From Escherichia phage vB_EcoM_G9062, in the sequence record NC_054920.1: a stretch of DNA of 64,000 bases; one strand, written 5' to 3'. Below the pieces are notes generated by a model. The model saw only the letters and a program-made list of their open reading frames with translations, was not told the DNA's origin and ran no database searches. Within the stretch, counting starts at the first letter, position 1; the number at the start of each line of letters is the position of its first letter. The translations under genes and the position numbers were made by a program. Of the stretch, positions 40,671 to 50,036 are shown in pieces.

Positions 40671-40932
40671 TGTAAACTGATTTTTTCAACTTTCTTACTT
40701 CACCACGTAATTGACGATTCAATTCATTCTTAACCTCTGAATCAACACCTCGCATACGTCGCCATTTATCTGAGCGAAAAATGTTTTCAACCATATCTTT
40801 ATGACTTACACCGTCTGGAGCTTTACGCTTTCCAAAATAGTCATAATCACGCACTTTTAAGTCTTTACGACGATACGTTTTACCCATGGAGTTTAATTTC
40901 CTTAGCAACTGAACTAAATACAGCACGGTCAC
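40594..40932 (-). CDS. hypothetical basic protein (112 aa or shorter)
   Basis: minus-strand ORF, Arg/Lys-rich. Confidence 0.4.
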   Translation of the reverse strand: MTVLYLVQLLRKLNSMGKTYRRKDLKVRDYDYFGKRKAPDGVSHKDMVENIFRSDKWRRMRGVDSEVKNELNRQLRGEVRKLKKSVYIDDDFDYNISQRVAKRKSNECYRYS

Positions 40933-41062
40933 AAATCATGTGTTTATGTAACTTAAGTATAATATAGCAAACTTCAAAACTATTTACATGAGTAACACGA
41001 ACAGCATTACCATTAATGAGATAATACTGTCCCTTTTTAATTTCTTTATCAACCACAACCAT
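40880..41062 (-). CDS. hypothetical protein (60 aa)
   Basis: minus-strand ORF directly downstream of an early promoter. Confidence 0.4.
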   Translation of the reverse strand: MVVVDKEIKKGQYYLINGNAVRVTHVNSFEVCYIILKLHKHMICDRAVFSSVAKEIKLHG

Positions 41063-41090
41063 ATCAATTCCTCAAAGGTAATTCATGTGT

Positions 41091-41122
41091 TAATAATACC
41101 ATGGTTTGAACTTGTTGTAAAC
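41091..41122 (-). promoter_or_regulatory. T4-type early promoter
   Basis: minus-strand GTTTAC (41122-41117), 18 nt spacer, TATTAT. Confidence 0.5.
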
Positions 41123-41203
41123 AACTTTGTGAAAATTATTTTAGGGAATGATAAGAAGGGAACGATAGCTTAGAATGGTAATATACAGAATGCGAGAAAG
41201 AAA

Positions 41204-41217
41204 GGCCCAGAGGGCCC
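41204..41217 (-). terminator. intercistronic hairpin
   Basis: plus ggcccagagggccc. Confidence 0.35.
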
Positions 41218-41220
41218 GTC

Positions 41221-41544
41221 TTAATCTTCTATGATATCTCTATCATATCCAAGTGAAATGAGAGTTTCTTTGAAGTGTTTAATGTTCTTTTGTCTGGAAT
41301 CATTAATGAAAATGACTGGATAACGAATGTTAAGAGATGTGAATCCAGCACGTTTAGCAAGAGATACAATCAGTGGACGATCATACTCAATCTTACCATT
41401 ATTTGTAAGAACTTTATAGAAAGTAAAAGGAGCATTGAGCTCCTTTAGAAGTTTTGTAACTGATTGACATCCAGGACAACGACCTACTTCTTCGGGGATG
41501 CCATAGATTTCAATCTTATTCTTTAAGTTCGAGTTTTGTTCCAC
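41221..41544 (-). CDS. nrdH: NrdH-like glutaredoxin (about 100 aa)
   Basis: CPGC redox motif after KIEIYGIP; track ORF extends to 41673 but probable GTG start near 41544. Confidence 0.55.
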   Translation of the reverse strand: MEQNSNLKNKIEIYGIPEEVGRCPGCQSVTKLLKELNAPFTFYKVLTNNGKIEYDRPLIVSLAKRAGFTSLNIRYPVIFINDSRQKNIKHFKETLISLGYDRDIIED

Positions 41545-41827
41545 GAGAAATAATTCCTTGATAAGCCCAGTATGGCGGGTTAACAGAATCCTCACCAGAG
41601 TTTTCTTCAGGAAAATAAACCTGGATAACGAAGCCGGATTCATCAAAGGTGAAATAAGTAGTAGGCAGTTCACCTAACAAATCGGCACGAGCGTTGATTT
41701 CTTCGAGGTCTTGTTCACGTCCAGCCCAGAAGCTTGGGTTCAGACTACATTCATAGAAATAATAGTCATTACCGAACATATCAAAACCATTCCAACTCTC
41801 TACTACATACCGCTCAAAACTAATCAT
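41516..41827 (-). CDS. hypothetical protein (103 aa)
   Basis: minus-strand ORF. Confidence 0.45.
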   Translation of the reverse strand: MISFERYVVESWNGFDMFGNDYYFYECSLNPSFWAGREQDLEEINARADLLGELPTTYFTFDESGFVIQVYFPEENSGEDSVNPPYWAYQGIISRGTKLELKE

Positions 41828-41829
41828 AA

Positions 41830-42045
41830 TTAAGCCTTTTTATCAAGAACAGCATTCAGCTTGTTAGTAATTTTATCCAGACGCTCATTAAACTCACTAG
41901 AAGATAATCCCTTTTCTGGAGAAATTAAACTAATCACGAAAAATATAGCAATAAAAGGAATAAGGAAAATAGCTCCAACTGCCATAAACAGAAAGAATGT
42001 TACAGTTGTAAGAAAATCAGCTAAACCTTTACGAAATTTATACAT
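41830..42045 (-). CDS. small membrane protein (71 aa)
   Basis: central hydrophobic stretch FLFMAVGAIFLIPFIAIFFVISLI. Confidence 0.5.
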   Translation of the reverse strand: MYKFRKGLADFLTTVTFFLFMAVGAIFLIPFIAIFFVISLISPEKGLSSSEFNERLDKITNKLNAVLDKKA

Positions 42046-42160
42046 ATTTTACCCTTAATTAATTAACCAAGCATTGATAAGCACTAAACTATATTGGGAA
42101 TAAAATTCTGGACCAAAATGAAAAATCATATCATTTATAGTATCCATAATGTAATTCAGT

Positions 42161-42631
42161 TTAATCATGTTTCCACACCCCATCGGTATTTGACCAAAGT
42201 CGCTGATTATCTGATCCTCGCCACAGCTTTTTAGTCGGAAGATTTTTCTCATACTTCCCATCAATAATAACATCAACATATTTAAGCATTTCTAGCTGTT
42301 TAATATCTTCAAACTTATATCCTGTCCACAACCAAATGCTTTTATTGGGATAAAGATTTTTAATAGTTTGAACCACAGAGTGAATCACGTCTCTGTTATC
42401 AGGATAAAGAGGGTCACCTCCGGTTATAGTTAATCCTTCTATATAATCATTATTCAAACATTCAATCAATTGTTCTAGCGTTTCACCAGTGAATGGAATA
42501 CCATTTCTAGCATTCCATGTTGATTTATTATAACACCCTTCACATTTATGCAAACAACCTGTAACGAAAAGAACGACCCTGCAACCAGGGCCATTCACAA
42601 AATCACAAGGATAAAATCTATCATAATTCAT
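42161..42631 (-). CDS. nrdG: anaerobic ribonucleotide reductase activase NrdG, radical SAM (156 aa)
   Basis: 156 aa; Cys-rich radical SAM region CDFVNGPGCRVVLFVTGCLHKCEGCYN. Confidence 0.9.
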   Translation of the reverse strand: MNYDRFYPCDFVNGPGCRVVLFVTGCLHKCEGCYNKSTWNARNGIPFTGETLEQLIECLNNDYIEGLTITGGDPLYPDNRDVIHSVVQTIKNLYPNKSIWLWTGYKFEDIKQLEMLKYVDVIIDGKYEKNLPTKKLWRGSDNQRLWSNTDGVWKHD

Positions 42632-44445
42632 TGATGCTTAACCCTATGCATGATTTCTTTATTTTTACCGAGATTAAATCCGCGTTCGTTCGGGTTTCCA
42701 AGATATCCGCATGTTCTTCTTATTGTGTTCATCTTTTTAGGATCAGTTTCTCCACAAATAGAACAAACAAATCCGTTTTCAGTAGGAGTCATTTCATGGG
42801 TACTTCCGCATGTAAAACACTTATCTACTGGCATGTTAACACCAAAATAATCTAAATGTTGTACAGCATAATCCCATACAGCCTCAAGACCTTTTAGGTT
42901 ATTTTTCATATCAGGAAGTTCAACATAAGAAATGTGACCACCTGTCGCAATGAAATGATATGGCGCTTCACGAGAAATTTTTTCAAACGGAGTAATATTT
43001 TCTTCTACTGAAACGTGGAAACTATTAGTGTACCAGCCTTTATCGGTAACATCTTTTACACTTCCATATTTTTCTGTATCAAGTTTACAGAAGCGATAAC
43101 AAAGGTTTTCAGCAGGAGTCGAATATAAACTAAAAGCAAATCCAGTTCTTTCAGTCCACTGTTTAAGATGAGCATTCATTTTAGTTAAAATTTCTTGTCC
43201 AATATCACGACCGACAAGAATATTCAATTCGTGAATACCAATGTATCCTAGGGACACTGAACTTCTGCCGTTTTTAAATAACTCAATTATGTCATCATCA
43301 GGTTTAAGACGAACCCCGAATGCACCTTCTTGGTAAAGAATAGGAGCTACAGTTGCTTTAACACCCTTTAAAGAACTAATTCTACGCATCAAGGCTTCAA
43401 AGCACAGATCCATTCGTTCATTAAATAGCTCAACAAATTTCTGTTCATTGAACTGTGTTCCAATATAAGAATCTAATGCGATACGAGGAAGATTCAGTGT
43501 TACAACACCGAGATTATTACGTCCATCAAGAATTTCATTACCAGTCGAATCTTTCCATACGCTCAAGAAACTACGGCAGCCCATCGGAGAAACAGGAATA
43601 GATGAACCAGTGATAGCTTTATTGTTCTTAGCTGAAATAATATCAGGATACATCCTTTTGCTTGCACACTCTAGAGCAAGCTGCTTAATATCATAGTTCG
43701 GATCGTCTTTATAAAGATTAACACCTTCTTCAACGAACATAACAAGCTTAGGGAAAATAGGAGTTATCCCATCACGACCGAGACCTTTAATACGATTTTT
43801 CAGAATTGCTTTCTGAATCATTCGTTCAGTCCAGTCAGTTCCCGTACCAAATGTAATTGTTACAAAAGGTGTTTGCCCGTTTGAACTAAAGAGAGTATTT
43901 ACTTCATATTCATAAGCTTGAAATGCATCGTATACGTCTTTTTCTGTTTTAGATTGAGCATAATTCAACGCATCGGCGATTTGCCATTTTTCTGCATCCT
44001 CAATATGTTTTGCATAGGTGCGTTTAACATAAGGAGAAAGTACTTTATCTACATTCGCAAAAGTCGTTCCGCCGTATTGGTGAGAAGCAACCTGTGCAGT
44101 AATTTGTGCCATAATTGCAGTAGCAACGCCAATTGATTTAGGAGTTTCAATCTGTGCATTACCAAGCTTAAATCCGTTCTCAAGCATTCCTTTTAAATCT
44201 ACTAAACAGCAATTAGTAAATGGAAGAGCAGGGGAATAATCAATATCATGGAAATGAATAATTCCGCTTTCATGCGCTTTCATAATAAAAGACGGGACCA
44301 TATTTTTGGCAATGTGTTTAGACACAATACCAGCCATAAGGTCCCGTTGAGTTGGAAAAACACGAGAATCTTTATTAGCATTCTCGTTTAAAAGGTCTTT
44401 ATTAGTTTTATGAATCAATCCTTCAATTTCTTTTTCAATTGTCAT
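42628..44445 (-). CDS. nrdD: anaerobic ribonucleoside-triphosphate reductase NrdD (605 aa), uninterrupted
   Basis: 605 aa; C-terminal zinc ribbon CFTCGS...CSICG and glycyl-radical motif RRTCGYLG; ATGA overlap with nrdG. Confidence 0.95.
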   Translation of the reverse strand: MTIEKEIEGLIHKTNKDLLNENANKDSRVFPTQRDLMAGIVSKHIAKNMVPSFIMKAHESGIIHFHDIDYSPALPFTNCCLVDLKGMLENGFKLGNAQIETPKSIGVATAIMAQITAQVASHQYGGTTFANVDKVLSPYVKRTYAKHIEDAEKWQIADALNYAQSKTEKDVYDAFQAYEYEVNTLFSSNGQTPFVTITFGTGTDWTERMIQKAILKNRIKGLGRDGITPIFPKLVMFVEEGVNLYKDDPNYDIKQLALECASKRMYPDIISAKNNKAITGSSIPVSPMGCRSFLSVWKDSTGNEILDGRNNLGVVTLNLPRIALDSYIGTQFNEQKFVELFNERMDLCFEALMRRISSLKGVKATVAPILYQEGAFGVRLKPDDDIIELFKNGRSSVSLGYIGIHELNILVGRDIGQEILTKMNAHLKQWTERTGFAFSLYSTPAENLCYRFCKLDTEKYGSVKDVTDKGWYTNSFHVSVEENITPFEKISREAPYHFIATGGHISYVELPDMKNNLKGLEAVWDYAVQHLDYFGVNMPVDKCFTCGSTHEMTPTENGFVCSICGETDPKKMNTIRRTCGYLGNPNERGFNLGKNKEIMHRVKHQ

Positions 44446-44915
44446 TTTAAACTCTTTCTAAGCTGCTTCTTAAATGAAGCTATTAACTGTGTTTTGGTGT
44501 CAGATTCATTATATTCAAATCCTCTTTGAAGCATCTCGGCCATCATTTCCTCTTTTCCTAAACGAGAAAATTCCTTTGATTTATCTCCAACAAAGTTAGG
44601 GTGAATATTATTTTGGGTGTAATCGGATTTTAAATAAGTAAGTAAATTTTCTAACCATTCAAGATAATCAACACCTTGTCCCTTTAAGCCAGAACGATTA
44701 AATTTATGCTTCATTTGACCTTCTGCGGCATTGCAGAGATTACAAAGCAATCCACGTATCTTTCCTGCTTTTGGTCCATTTAATTCATGGTCATGATCAA
44801 GATGATTAGCTTGAACATCAGGATTTAGTTCTCGTTGGCAAATTAAACATTTACCGTTTTGTGCATCATAAAATTTCTGTTTTTCTTCTTTATATAATTT
44901 GCCAGTCAATAACAT
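44442..44915 (-). CDS. 49: endonuclease VII, Holliday junction resolvase (157 aa)
   Basis: 157 aa; zinc motif CLICQ...H...LCNLCN. Confidence 0.9.
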   Translation of the reverse strand: MLLTGKLYKEEKQKFYDAQNGKCLICQRELNPDVQANHLDHDHELNGPKAGKIRGLLCNLCNAAEGQMKHKFNRSGLKGQGVDYLEWLENLLTYLKSDYTQNNIHPNFVGDKSKEFSRLGKEEMMAEMLQRGFEYNESDTKTQLIASFKKQLRKSLK

Positions 44916-44954
44916 AATAAACCCTTACCTTAAATAGATAAGGGTATTTATTAT

Positions 44955-45243
44955 TTTTAAGTATTGTAAAACATTCGATGCAATCGTTTATACTGTCGAA
45001 TCATCTTTTTAGTAGGACGAGAATAGGTTCCTACGCAAGTGGTCATATGAGGGTCCGTAGAATGTCCTTTAATAAAAAGTTTCCAAACCTTACCGCCATT
45101 TAACTTTTCAGTATAAACCAATTCGGTTTTCATTAAAATGCCTTGTCAGAAAAAGAATTTTGAGTTTTTTCAAGTATTATAAAACATTTGATGCAATCGC
45201 TTATATTGCCGAATCATTTGGTCAGAAAAAGAATTTTGAGTTT
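44955..45243. repeat. nested direct repeats (about 50 bp and 23 bp)
   Basis: 44955-45008 resembles 45166-45220; gtcagaaaaagaattttgagttt occurs at 45146-45168 and 45220-45243. Confidence 0.7.
44957..45133 (-). CDS. small protein (58 aa), not in ORF track, sharing C-terminal tail with next gene
   Basis: my translation MKTELVYTEKLNGGKVWKLF...MIRQYKRLHRMFYNT; tail duplicated in 45170..45673. Confidence 0.4.
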   Translation of the reverse strand: MKTELVYTEKLNGGKVWKLFIKGHSTDPHMTTCVGTYSRPTKKMIRQYKRLHRMFYNT

Positions 45244-45673
45244 CAAGCCATTCAATATATTCTGCCGCAGCTTGCATCAGGTTACCTTCATAATCATCAA
45301 TATCTTTTTTCAATGCCACTTTAGCTAATGCATATGAAATACGTTCACCTTGAAAAGCGGCTTTAGGCTTCTTAACATCTTGGCTAGTTCTCTCTACAAC
45401 TTCCTCGATTTCACCATTTTCAACGGATTCAGTATTCCACAAACACCAATACGTAATTGGCTTATCATAGATGTTAATAATTTTTCCATCAGAAAGTTCA
45501 ATTTCAATAATTCCAGTGTCAGGCTCTATATCATCTTCACATTCTTTTGCAAGTTCACGAACTTTAAAGACAGTACCTGCACTAAGTTCCGGCCAGTAAT
45601 TACACAGCCCTGTATCAGCACGATTAATTCTAAACCACTTATCTACTGTAATCATGTCCCATCTCCATATCAA
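45170..45673 (-). CDS. hypothetical protein (167 aa or shorter)
   Basis: minus-strand ORF between 49 and nrdC, acidic. Confidence 0.5.
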   Translation of the reverse strand: MIWRWDMITVDKWFRINRADTGLCNYWPELSAGTVFKVRELAKECEDDIEPDTGIIEIELSDGKIINIYDKPITYWCLWNTESVENGEIEEVVERTSQDVKKPKAAFQGERISYALAKVALKKDIDDYEGNLMQAAAEYIEWLETQNSFSDQMIRQYKRLHQMFYNT

Positions 45674-45777
45674 TTAAGTCATTTATCGTTGGTTCATTAT
45701 ATACTGTTTCTTCATCAGTGTAAACCGGTTCTTCCGGCTCTGGCTCTACAGTTTCCCATCTAGCCGCCCACCAAGGT

Positions 45778-45972
45778 TTAACCCCGAAGCTTATTAAGTT
45801 CTTCATAATCAACCCAGGATTCTAATCCTGATGGCAGGTCACATTCAATTTCCCAAAGAAGTTCTTCAATTTTATGAAGACGATCTAATTCTTCAACAGG
45901 AATAGTAACCATTGATGGAGCTCTTGCTGCACTAATATCGTATATCATATTTACCCCAGTTTGACCATGCAA
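45778..45972 (-). CDS. hypothetical protein (64 aa)
   Basis: minus-strand ORF. Confidence 0.45.
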   Translation of the reverse strand: MHGQTGVNMIYDISAARAPSMVTIPVEELDRLHKIEELLWEIECDLPSGLESWVDYEELNKLRG

Positions 45973-46166
45973 TCACCGTATTTCCACTTAGAAATAGACT
46001 TTTCACCATTAGAATAATAAACTTCGAGTTTAGCACGATTATTTTTAATTTGAATAACCTTGGCTGTCATTAAAGTTCCATACCCATAGTAAACTGCAAC
46101 TTCATCACCTACATATACCGCGCTTCCGCGGTAATCATGGATATAATCAGTTCCTTCGAGCATCAT
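45951..46166 (-). CDS. hypothetical protein (71 aa)
   Basis: ATGA-coupled to nrdC. Confidence 0.45.
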   Translation of the reverse strand: MMLEGTDYIHDYRGSAVYVGDEVAVYYGYGTLMTAKVIQIKNNRAKLEVYYSNGEKSISKWKYGDCMVKLG

Positions 46167-46426
46167 TTAAAGTATTCCCGCAATTGGTCAAATCCACCAA
46201 TATGACTTCCATCAGGAGCAAATACCTGAGGCATTGTTAAGCCGATTTGAGTATCACGACCTAGTTTAGTCAGAAGCTCAGCGATTTTCTCATCATCAAA
46301 AACACCTTTTTCCGGCATAATGTTGATAAATTCAAACGGCTGTTTCTTCACGGTCAAAAGACGTTTTGCATTATCGCAATACACGCATTTGTGGATGTTG
46401 CTATCATAACCATATACTTTAAACAT
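46163..46426 (-). CDS. nrdC: thioredoxin/glutaredoxin NrdC (87 aa)
   Basis: 87 aa; CVYC redox motif. Confidence 0.8.
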   Translation of the reverse strand: MFKVYGYDSNIHKCVYCDNAKRLLTVKKQPFEFINIMPEKGVFDDEKIAELLTKLGRDTQIGLTMPQVFAPDGSHIGGFDQLREYFK

Positions 46427-46427
46427 A

Positions 46428-46670
46428 TTATTCCTTAATTCCTAATACTTGTTTAAAAGTCTCGTCGTAATCAAGACTTTGGCCTGTTTGTTCTTTATGT
46501 TTGTATATAATATCACTTACTTCTGATAGCATATTTTTATATGAACGAGTTAAAGCAGATTTAAGCACGCTGTATCTATCAGGAAATTTACCGTGTTCAT
46601 TATAATAAGCTATTGCTAATTCACGGACTGCCTTTTCAGCAGCCTCCATATATTCTTTACGCTTTGTCAT
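46428..46670 (-). CDS. hypothetical protein (about 81 aa)
   Basis: probable start [13 protein letters not shown]; the longer track ORF overlaps the upstream gene. Confidence 0.4.
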   Translation of the reverse strand: MTKRKEYMEAAEKAVRELAIAYYNEHGKFPDRYSVLKSALTRSYKNMLSEVSDIIYKHKEQTGQSLDYDETFKQVLGIKE

Positions 46671-46971
46671 TTTCTTCTCGGTCAAATCGGTGTTTACAAT
46701 GGCGACATTTATAACGAAGATTACTAGTCTGCCAATGGACCAATTGCACCTGTTTAGTTCCACATTCAGGGCAATTAGGAACGTTTTTAGAAGCACGTTC
46801 GCGGCGTTCAACCATGACCATTACAGAATCCCAATTAATAGGGCTGCTATAATCATCACAACCATGAATCTTTCCACGCATTTCCAAATCGTCTTCTTCA
46901 CCGGCCATAATAATTTTAATTAAACTGGAATTACTTGAAGCTGCAATGTCTTCTAATAGACGCTTTTTCAT
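46657..46971 (-). CDS. zinc-ribbon protein (104 aa)
   Basis: CPECG...CRHCKH four-cysteine motif. Confidence 0.5.
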   Translation of the reverse strand: MKKRLLEDIAASSNSSLIKIIMAGEEDDLEMRGKIHGCDDYSSPINWDSVMVMVERRERASKNVPNCPECGTKQVQLVHWQTSNLRYKCRHCKHRFDREENDKA

Positions 46972-47897
46972 TTCAATACCTCAATAGCATTACGTAAACC
47001 ATTTGCTTTTGCATTAAGAGCTTTTAACAATTTGGTGTGTTCTGCAATTTGGGCTTCAACTTCAATCAAACGAGCATTGAGATATTCGCGTTCTTCACTC
47101 AGATTATCAATCTTTTCTACTTTAGGCTCTTTTACAACTGTCTTATATGTATTAGGGTTCTTCAGTTTAATTAGAATGCGTGAACTGTATAACATTGAAC
47201 CATTATCTTCGGTTTCGTCATACATTTCTACTACGTCCATGATTTTTAACATCATGCGGAGTTTATAAGACAACGAACGAATAGTTTTGTTGTGCTTATT
47301 AATTTCTTTAGCTGTCATGGTGCCAAGATTACGTGAGTAATAATAAGGAACCTGGATATTAATTAATACTGATGAACCACCTGGCTTGTGTGTTACTTCA
47401 TCAGCAATAACCCAGTCCTTAACATGAACTGTATTTGTACGGTCATCGCCCGCGGTAAATAGTTTGCGAGCATGCTTAAAAAGCATATTCACTTGGTCAT
47501 TGAATTGACAAGCAAATTTATCAGCAAATTTAGTTTCAGGAATGGTAGAAAACCAATCAGCCAAATGAGTCTTTTTAACATCATTAACAATAGTAAATTC
47601 AACCAAATCGGTTATAGATGTCTCAGATTTAATGAAGCTCGGCTTCATAAAGTTTTTAATGTTCTCATGAGCTACAGTAGAAGATAACATACGAGAACGT
47701 TTAAACCATTCAAGCAAATTGCCTAACGAATGAGAATAAGCGTTTTGAGTATCTTTACAGATATGATTTTCCTGACCAACATATTGAAGGAAATCACGAA
47801 GAATATTATTGATTACTGCTCTGTGCCCGATCTGATAATTACGGTGTTTAGTAATAAGACTGTCAAAATAATCAATATAATGTTTACGAGTTTTCAT
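46968..47897 (-). CDS. coiled-coil family protein, paralog A (309 aa)
   Basis: MKTR N-terminus; conserved central motif; C-terminal heptad coiled coil. Confidence 0.55.
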   Translation of the reverse strand: MKTRKHYIDYFDSLITKHRNYQIGHRAVINNILRDFLQYVGQENHICKDTQNAYSHSLGNLLEWFKRSRMLSSTVAHENIKNFMKPSFIKSETSITDLVEFTIVNDVKKTHLADWFSTIPETKFADKFACQFNDQVNMLFKHARKLFTAGDDRTNTVHVKDWVIADEVTHKPGGSSVLINIQVPYYYSRNLGTMTAKEINKHNKTIRSLSYKLRMMLKIMDVVEMYDETEDNGSMLYSSRILIKLKNPNTYKTVVKEPKVEKIDNLSEEREYLNARLIEVEAQIAEHTKLLKALNAKANGLRNAIEVLK

Positions 47898-47949
47898 ATT
47901 CTTCTCACTTGGTTAATGGTTTATACTCCGAGCCATCCTTGGCTTTAAA

Positions 47950-48951
47950 TTACTTAATTAACTGTAAAGCTTGTTCAAGACGATCAAGACGATTAACGGA
48001 TTCTTCCCAAATCTTTTTAGCCTGCTCATATTCTTTCTGCGCTTTATTAGAAATTTCTAGAACTTCTTTATAAGCTTTTTCTAGTGCAATAACTTCTGGA
48101 CGAATTTCTACTGGTTCAGGCGAATCGTCAAGACATTCCATTAGTTCCTCAAGGGTAGTTTCTTCTTTAGGAGTATTCACAATTTCATCACATTTTTGTT
48201 GGTAAATTTCTTTATCAGTCGGTGAGTACGCACACTTTACTTCACGGAGACTAACTACAATTTTATATCCTTCCCAACCGCATATATTCTTAAAAGGATA
48301 AGTATGAATATTTTCTACTGTTTCCATACAAAGTAATGCGGTCTCTAACTGACGAGTTATATCGCTAGCAATTGAGAAAAATTTATTAATGTTCTTTTGA
48401 TTAGCTTCTGGTGTAAAAAATTCATAATTCACAAAAATAGCTGCTTTATTTTTATCAAGCTCATATTCTTTTATGATAATCATATCAGAAGCCCAAGGAT
48501 GGATTTGACGATAATCACCATAGCATAATTTAGAAGCTGATTTTAGAATTTGCTTCTTGAAAAGTCTAAAATTACTAATCCAACGACGAGTAAAAATATT
48601 CTCAGGGTCTTCTTTATTATTAAGATGATAAGAATTAACATCACCGAACCAACTGTATCCTACTACATCTTTAGTTCGTTTAATTTCTTTCCCAAATTTA
48701 CCAAGAATATCTTGATTAACTAAATATGAAAGAAGACGAGAACCTTTAAAAGTTTCCTTAATATCATCTTTATATTCGCGACTAGAAATTTTATGAACTT
48801 CATGAATAAATTTGCTTGAAGAAACAATACTTGCATCAATATTATTGAGCCATTGATTGATAATGGAAATAACACTATTCTGACTAAACACAGGTTTAAC
48901 TTTATCATCAATAACGCTATTGAATGATTTGATATATTCGTTACGAGTCAT
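47950..48951 (-). CDS. coiled-coil family protein, paralog B (about 334 aa)
   Basis: start MTRNEYIK at 48951 after SD GAGGAG; motif RRWISNFRLFKKQILKSASKL. Confidence 0.55.
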   Translation of the reverse strand: MTRNEYIKSFNSVIDDKVKPVFSQNSVISIINQWLNNIDASIVSSSKFIHEVHKISSREYKDDIKETFKGSRLLSYLVNQDILGKFGKEIKRTKDVVGYSWFGDVNSYHLNNKEDPENIFTRRWISNFRLFKKQILKSASKLCYGDYRQIHPWASDMIIIKEYELDKNKAAIFVNYEFFTPEANQKNINKFFSIASDITRQLETALLCMETVENIHTYPFKNICGWEGYKIVVSLREVKCAYSPTDKEIYQQKCDEIVNTPKEETTLEELMECLDDSPEPVEIRPEVIALEKAYKEVLEISNKAQKEYEQAKKIWEESVNRLDRLEQALQLIK

Positions 48952-48980
48952 ATTAATCTCCTCAGTAGAAAGTAAGAACA

Positions 48981-49009
48981 TTATACCACATCCTTGTGGC
49001 AAAGTAAAC
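48981..49009 (-). promoter_or_regulatory. T4-type early promoter
   Basis: minus-strand GTTTAC (49009-49004), 16 nt spacer, GTATAA. Confidence 0.5.
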
Positions 49010-50028
49010 TAGTTTAGTGCATTTAGTGCATTGTTCAGTTTAGAACGTTGCTTCGTAAGATTTTTGACTTTTTCTTGAGCTTTTTCTAGCATCTTTTCAG
49101 CTTCTAACACTTCATTAGTTGCTTTAACGAGTTCATCATCTACTGCCTTGATAGACTTCTCAATCGCATCCGCGTGCCATTTTTCAACAGGTTTAAGACT
49201 CGGATTTTCAACAGGAAGAAAATTCACTTTGTTGAATTTCCATGTATCTTTATTACCTGAACTATACATCCAAAATTTAGGATCGTTTGATGAGTAATTG
49301 GATAAATTTAAGATATCTTGCACTTCCTGCTTTTTCTCTTGCGGGACTTCGTCCTTTCTCAAAAAATCGTATTTAAATGAAACGATCATATCAAGTTCAT
49401 ACGTTGTTGTATGTTCCCAATTTCGCTCAAAATGAGGTAAAATCTTAGACTGAACCGCGGCAACTACATCCATATACTTAAATGCTTCTGTCAACTGTGA
49501 TTTAAGGCATTCACAAATTGAAAGAGAATTTTTTGTATTAGGTTTAAAGCTAATTCGTGCAGTTCTGTTATTTTCTTTTAATGGTCTTACTTCCATCTGA
49601 AGAGTATAACCATCAAATTTCAGATTCTTTAAGTTAATATCAGAACCTTTTAATCGACTAGCCGTCGACAAAATTTGCTTTAATTGTTTACGGAATAGAG
49701 CAATAAATCTCCACTCAATACGATAATGATTTGGATTAAAAAATCCTGTTGATAAATCAACCTTACTCTGACCAACGCCTTGAACAAATAGAGGATTTTT
49801 ATAATCAATAGTTTTACAGAAATCGGTGAGCTGCTCACGAGCCGTCATTTGTGTAATATACCCCGCTTTACTAAAATGACGTAACCATTCACTGCTATTC
49901 ATATATTTAAAGTGAATATCACGATTAACTTTATCAGGGTCTAAATTATTTTGGCACAAAAATGTCATAACATCACGAGTATAACTGGCATTACGAACCA
50001 TATCTTCAATTTGAGAACGAGTTTTCAT
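49009..50028 (-). CDS. coiled-coil family protein, paralog C (339 aa)
   Basis: MKTR N-terminus; motif IEWRFIALFRKQLKQILSTASRL. Confidence 0.55.
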   Translation of the reverse strand: MKTRSQIEDMVRNASYTRDVMTFLCQNNLDPDKVNRDIHFKYMNSSEWLRHFSKAGYITQMTAREQLTDFCKTIDYKNPLFVQGVGQSKVDLSTGFFNPNHYRIEWRFIALFRKQLKQILSTASRLKGSDINLKNLKFDGYTLQMEVRPLKENNRTARISFKPNTKNSLSICECLKSQLTEAFKYMDVVAAVQSKILPHFERNWEHTTTYELDMIVSFKYDFLRKDEVPQEKKQEVQDILNLSNYSSNDPKFWMYSSGNKDTWKFNKVNFLPVENPSLKPVEKWHADAIEKSIKAVDDELVKATNEVLEAEKMLEKAQEKVKNLTKQRSKLNNALNALN

Positions 50029-50036
50029 GGTGTTCC

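Noticed and set aside
42055-42279. Minus-strand 74-aa ORF overlapping the 3' end of nrdG
   Set aside because: Most of it overlaps nrdG in another frame. No independent start signal.
47905-47950. Possible early promoter upstream of paralog A (ttatactcc ... ctgtaaagc)
   Set aside because: Spacing between the -10-like and -35-like elements is about 36 nt, far from the 16 to 18 nt seen elsewhere.
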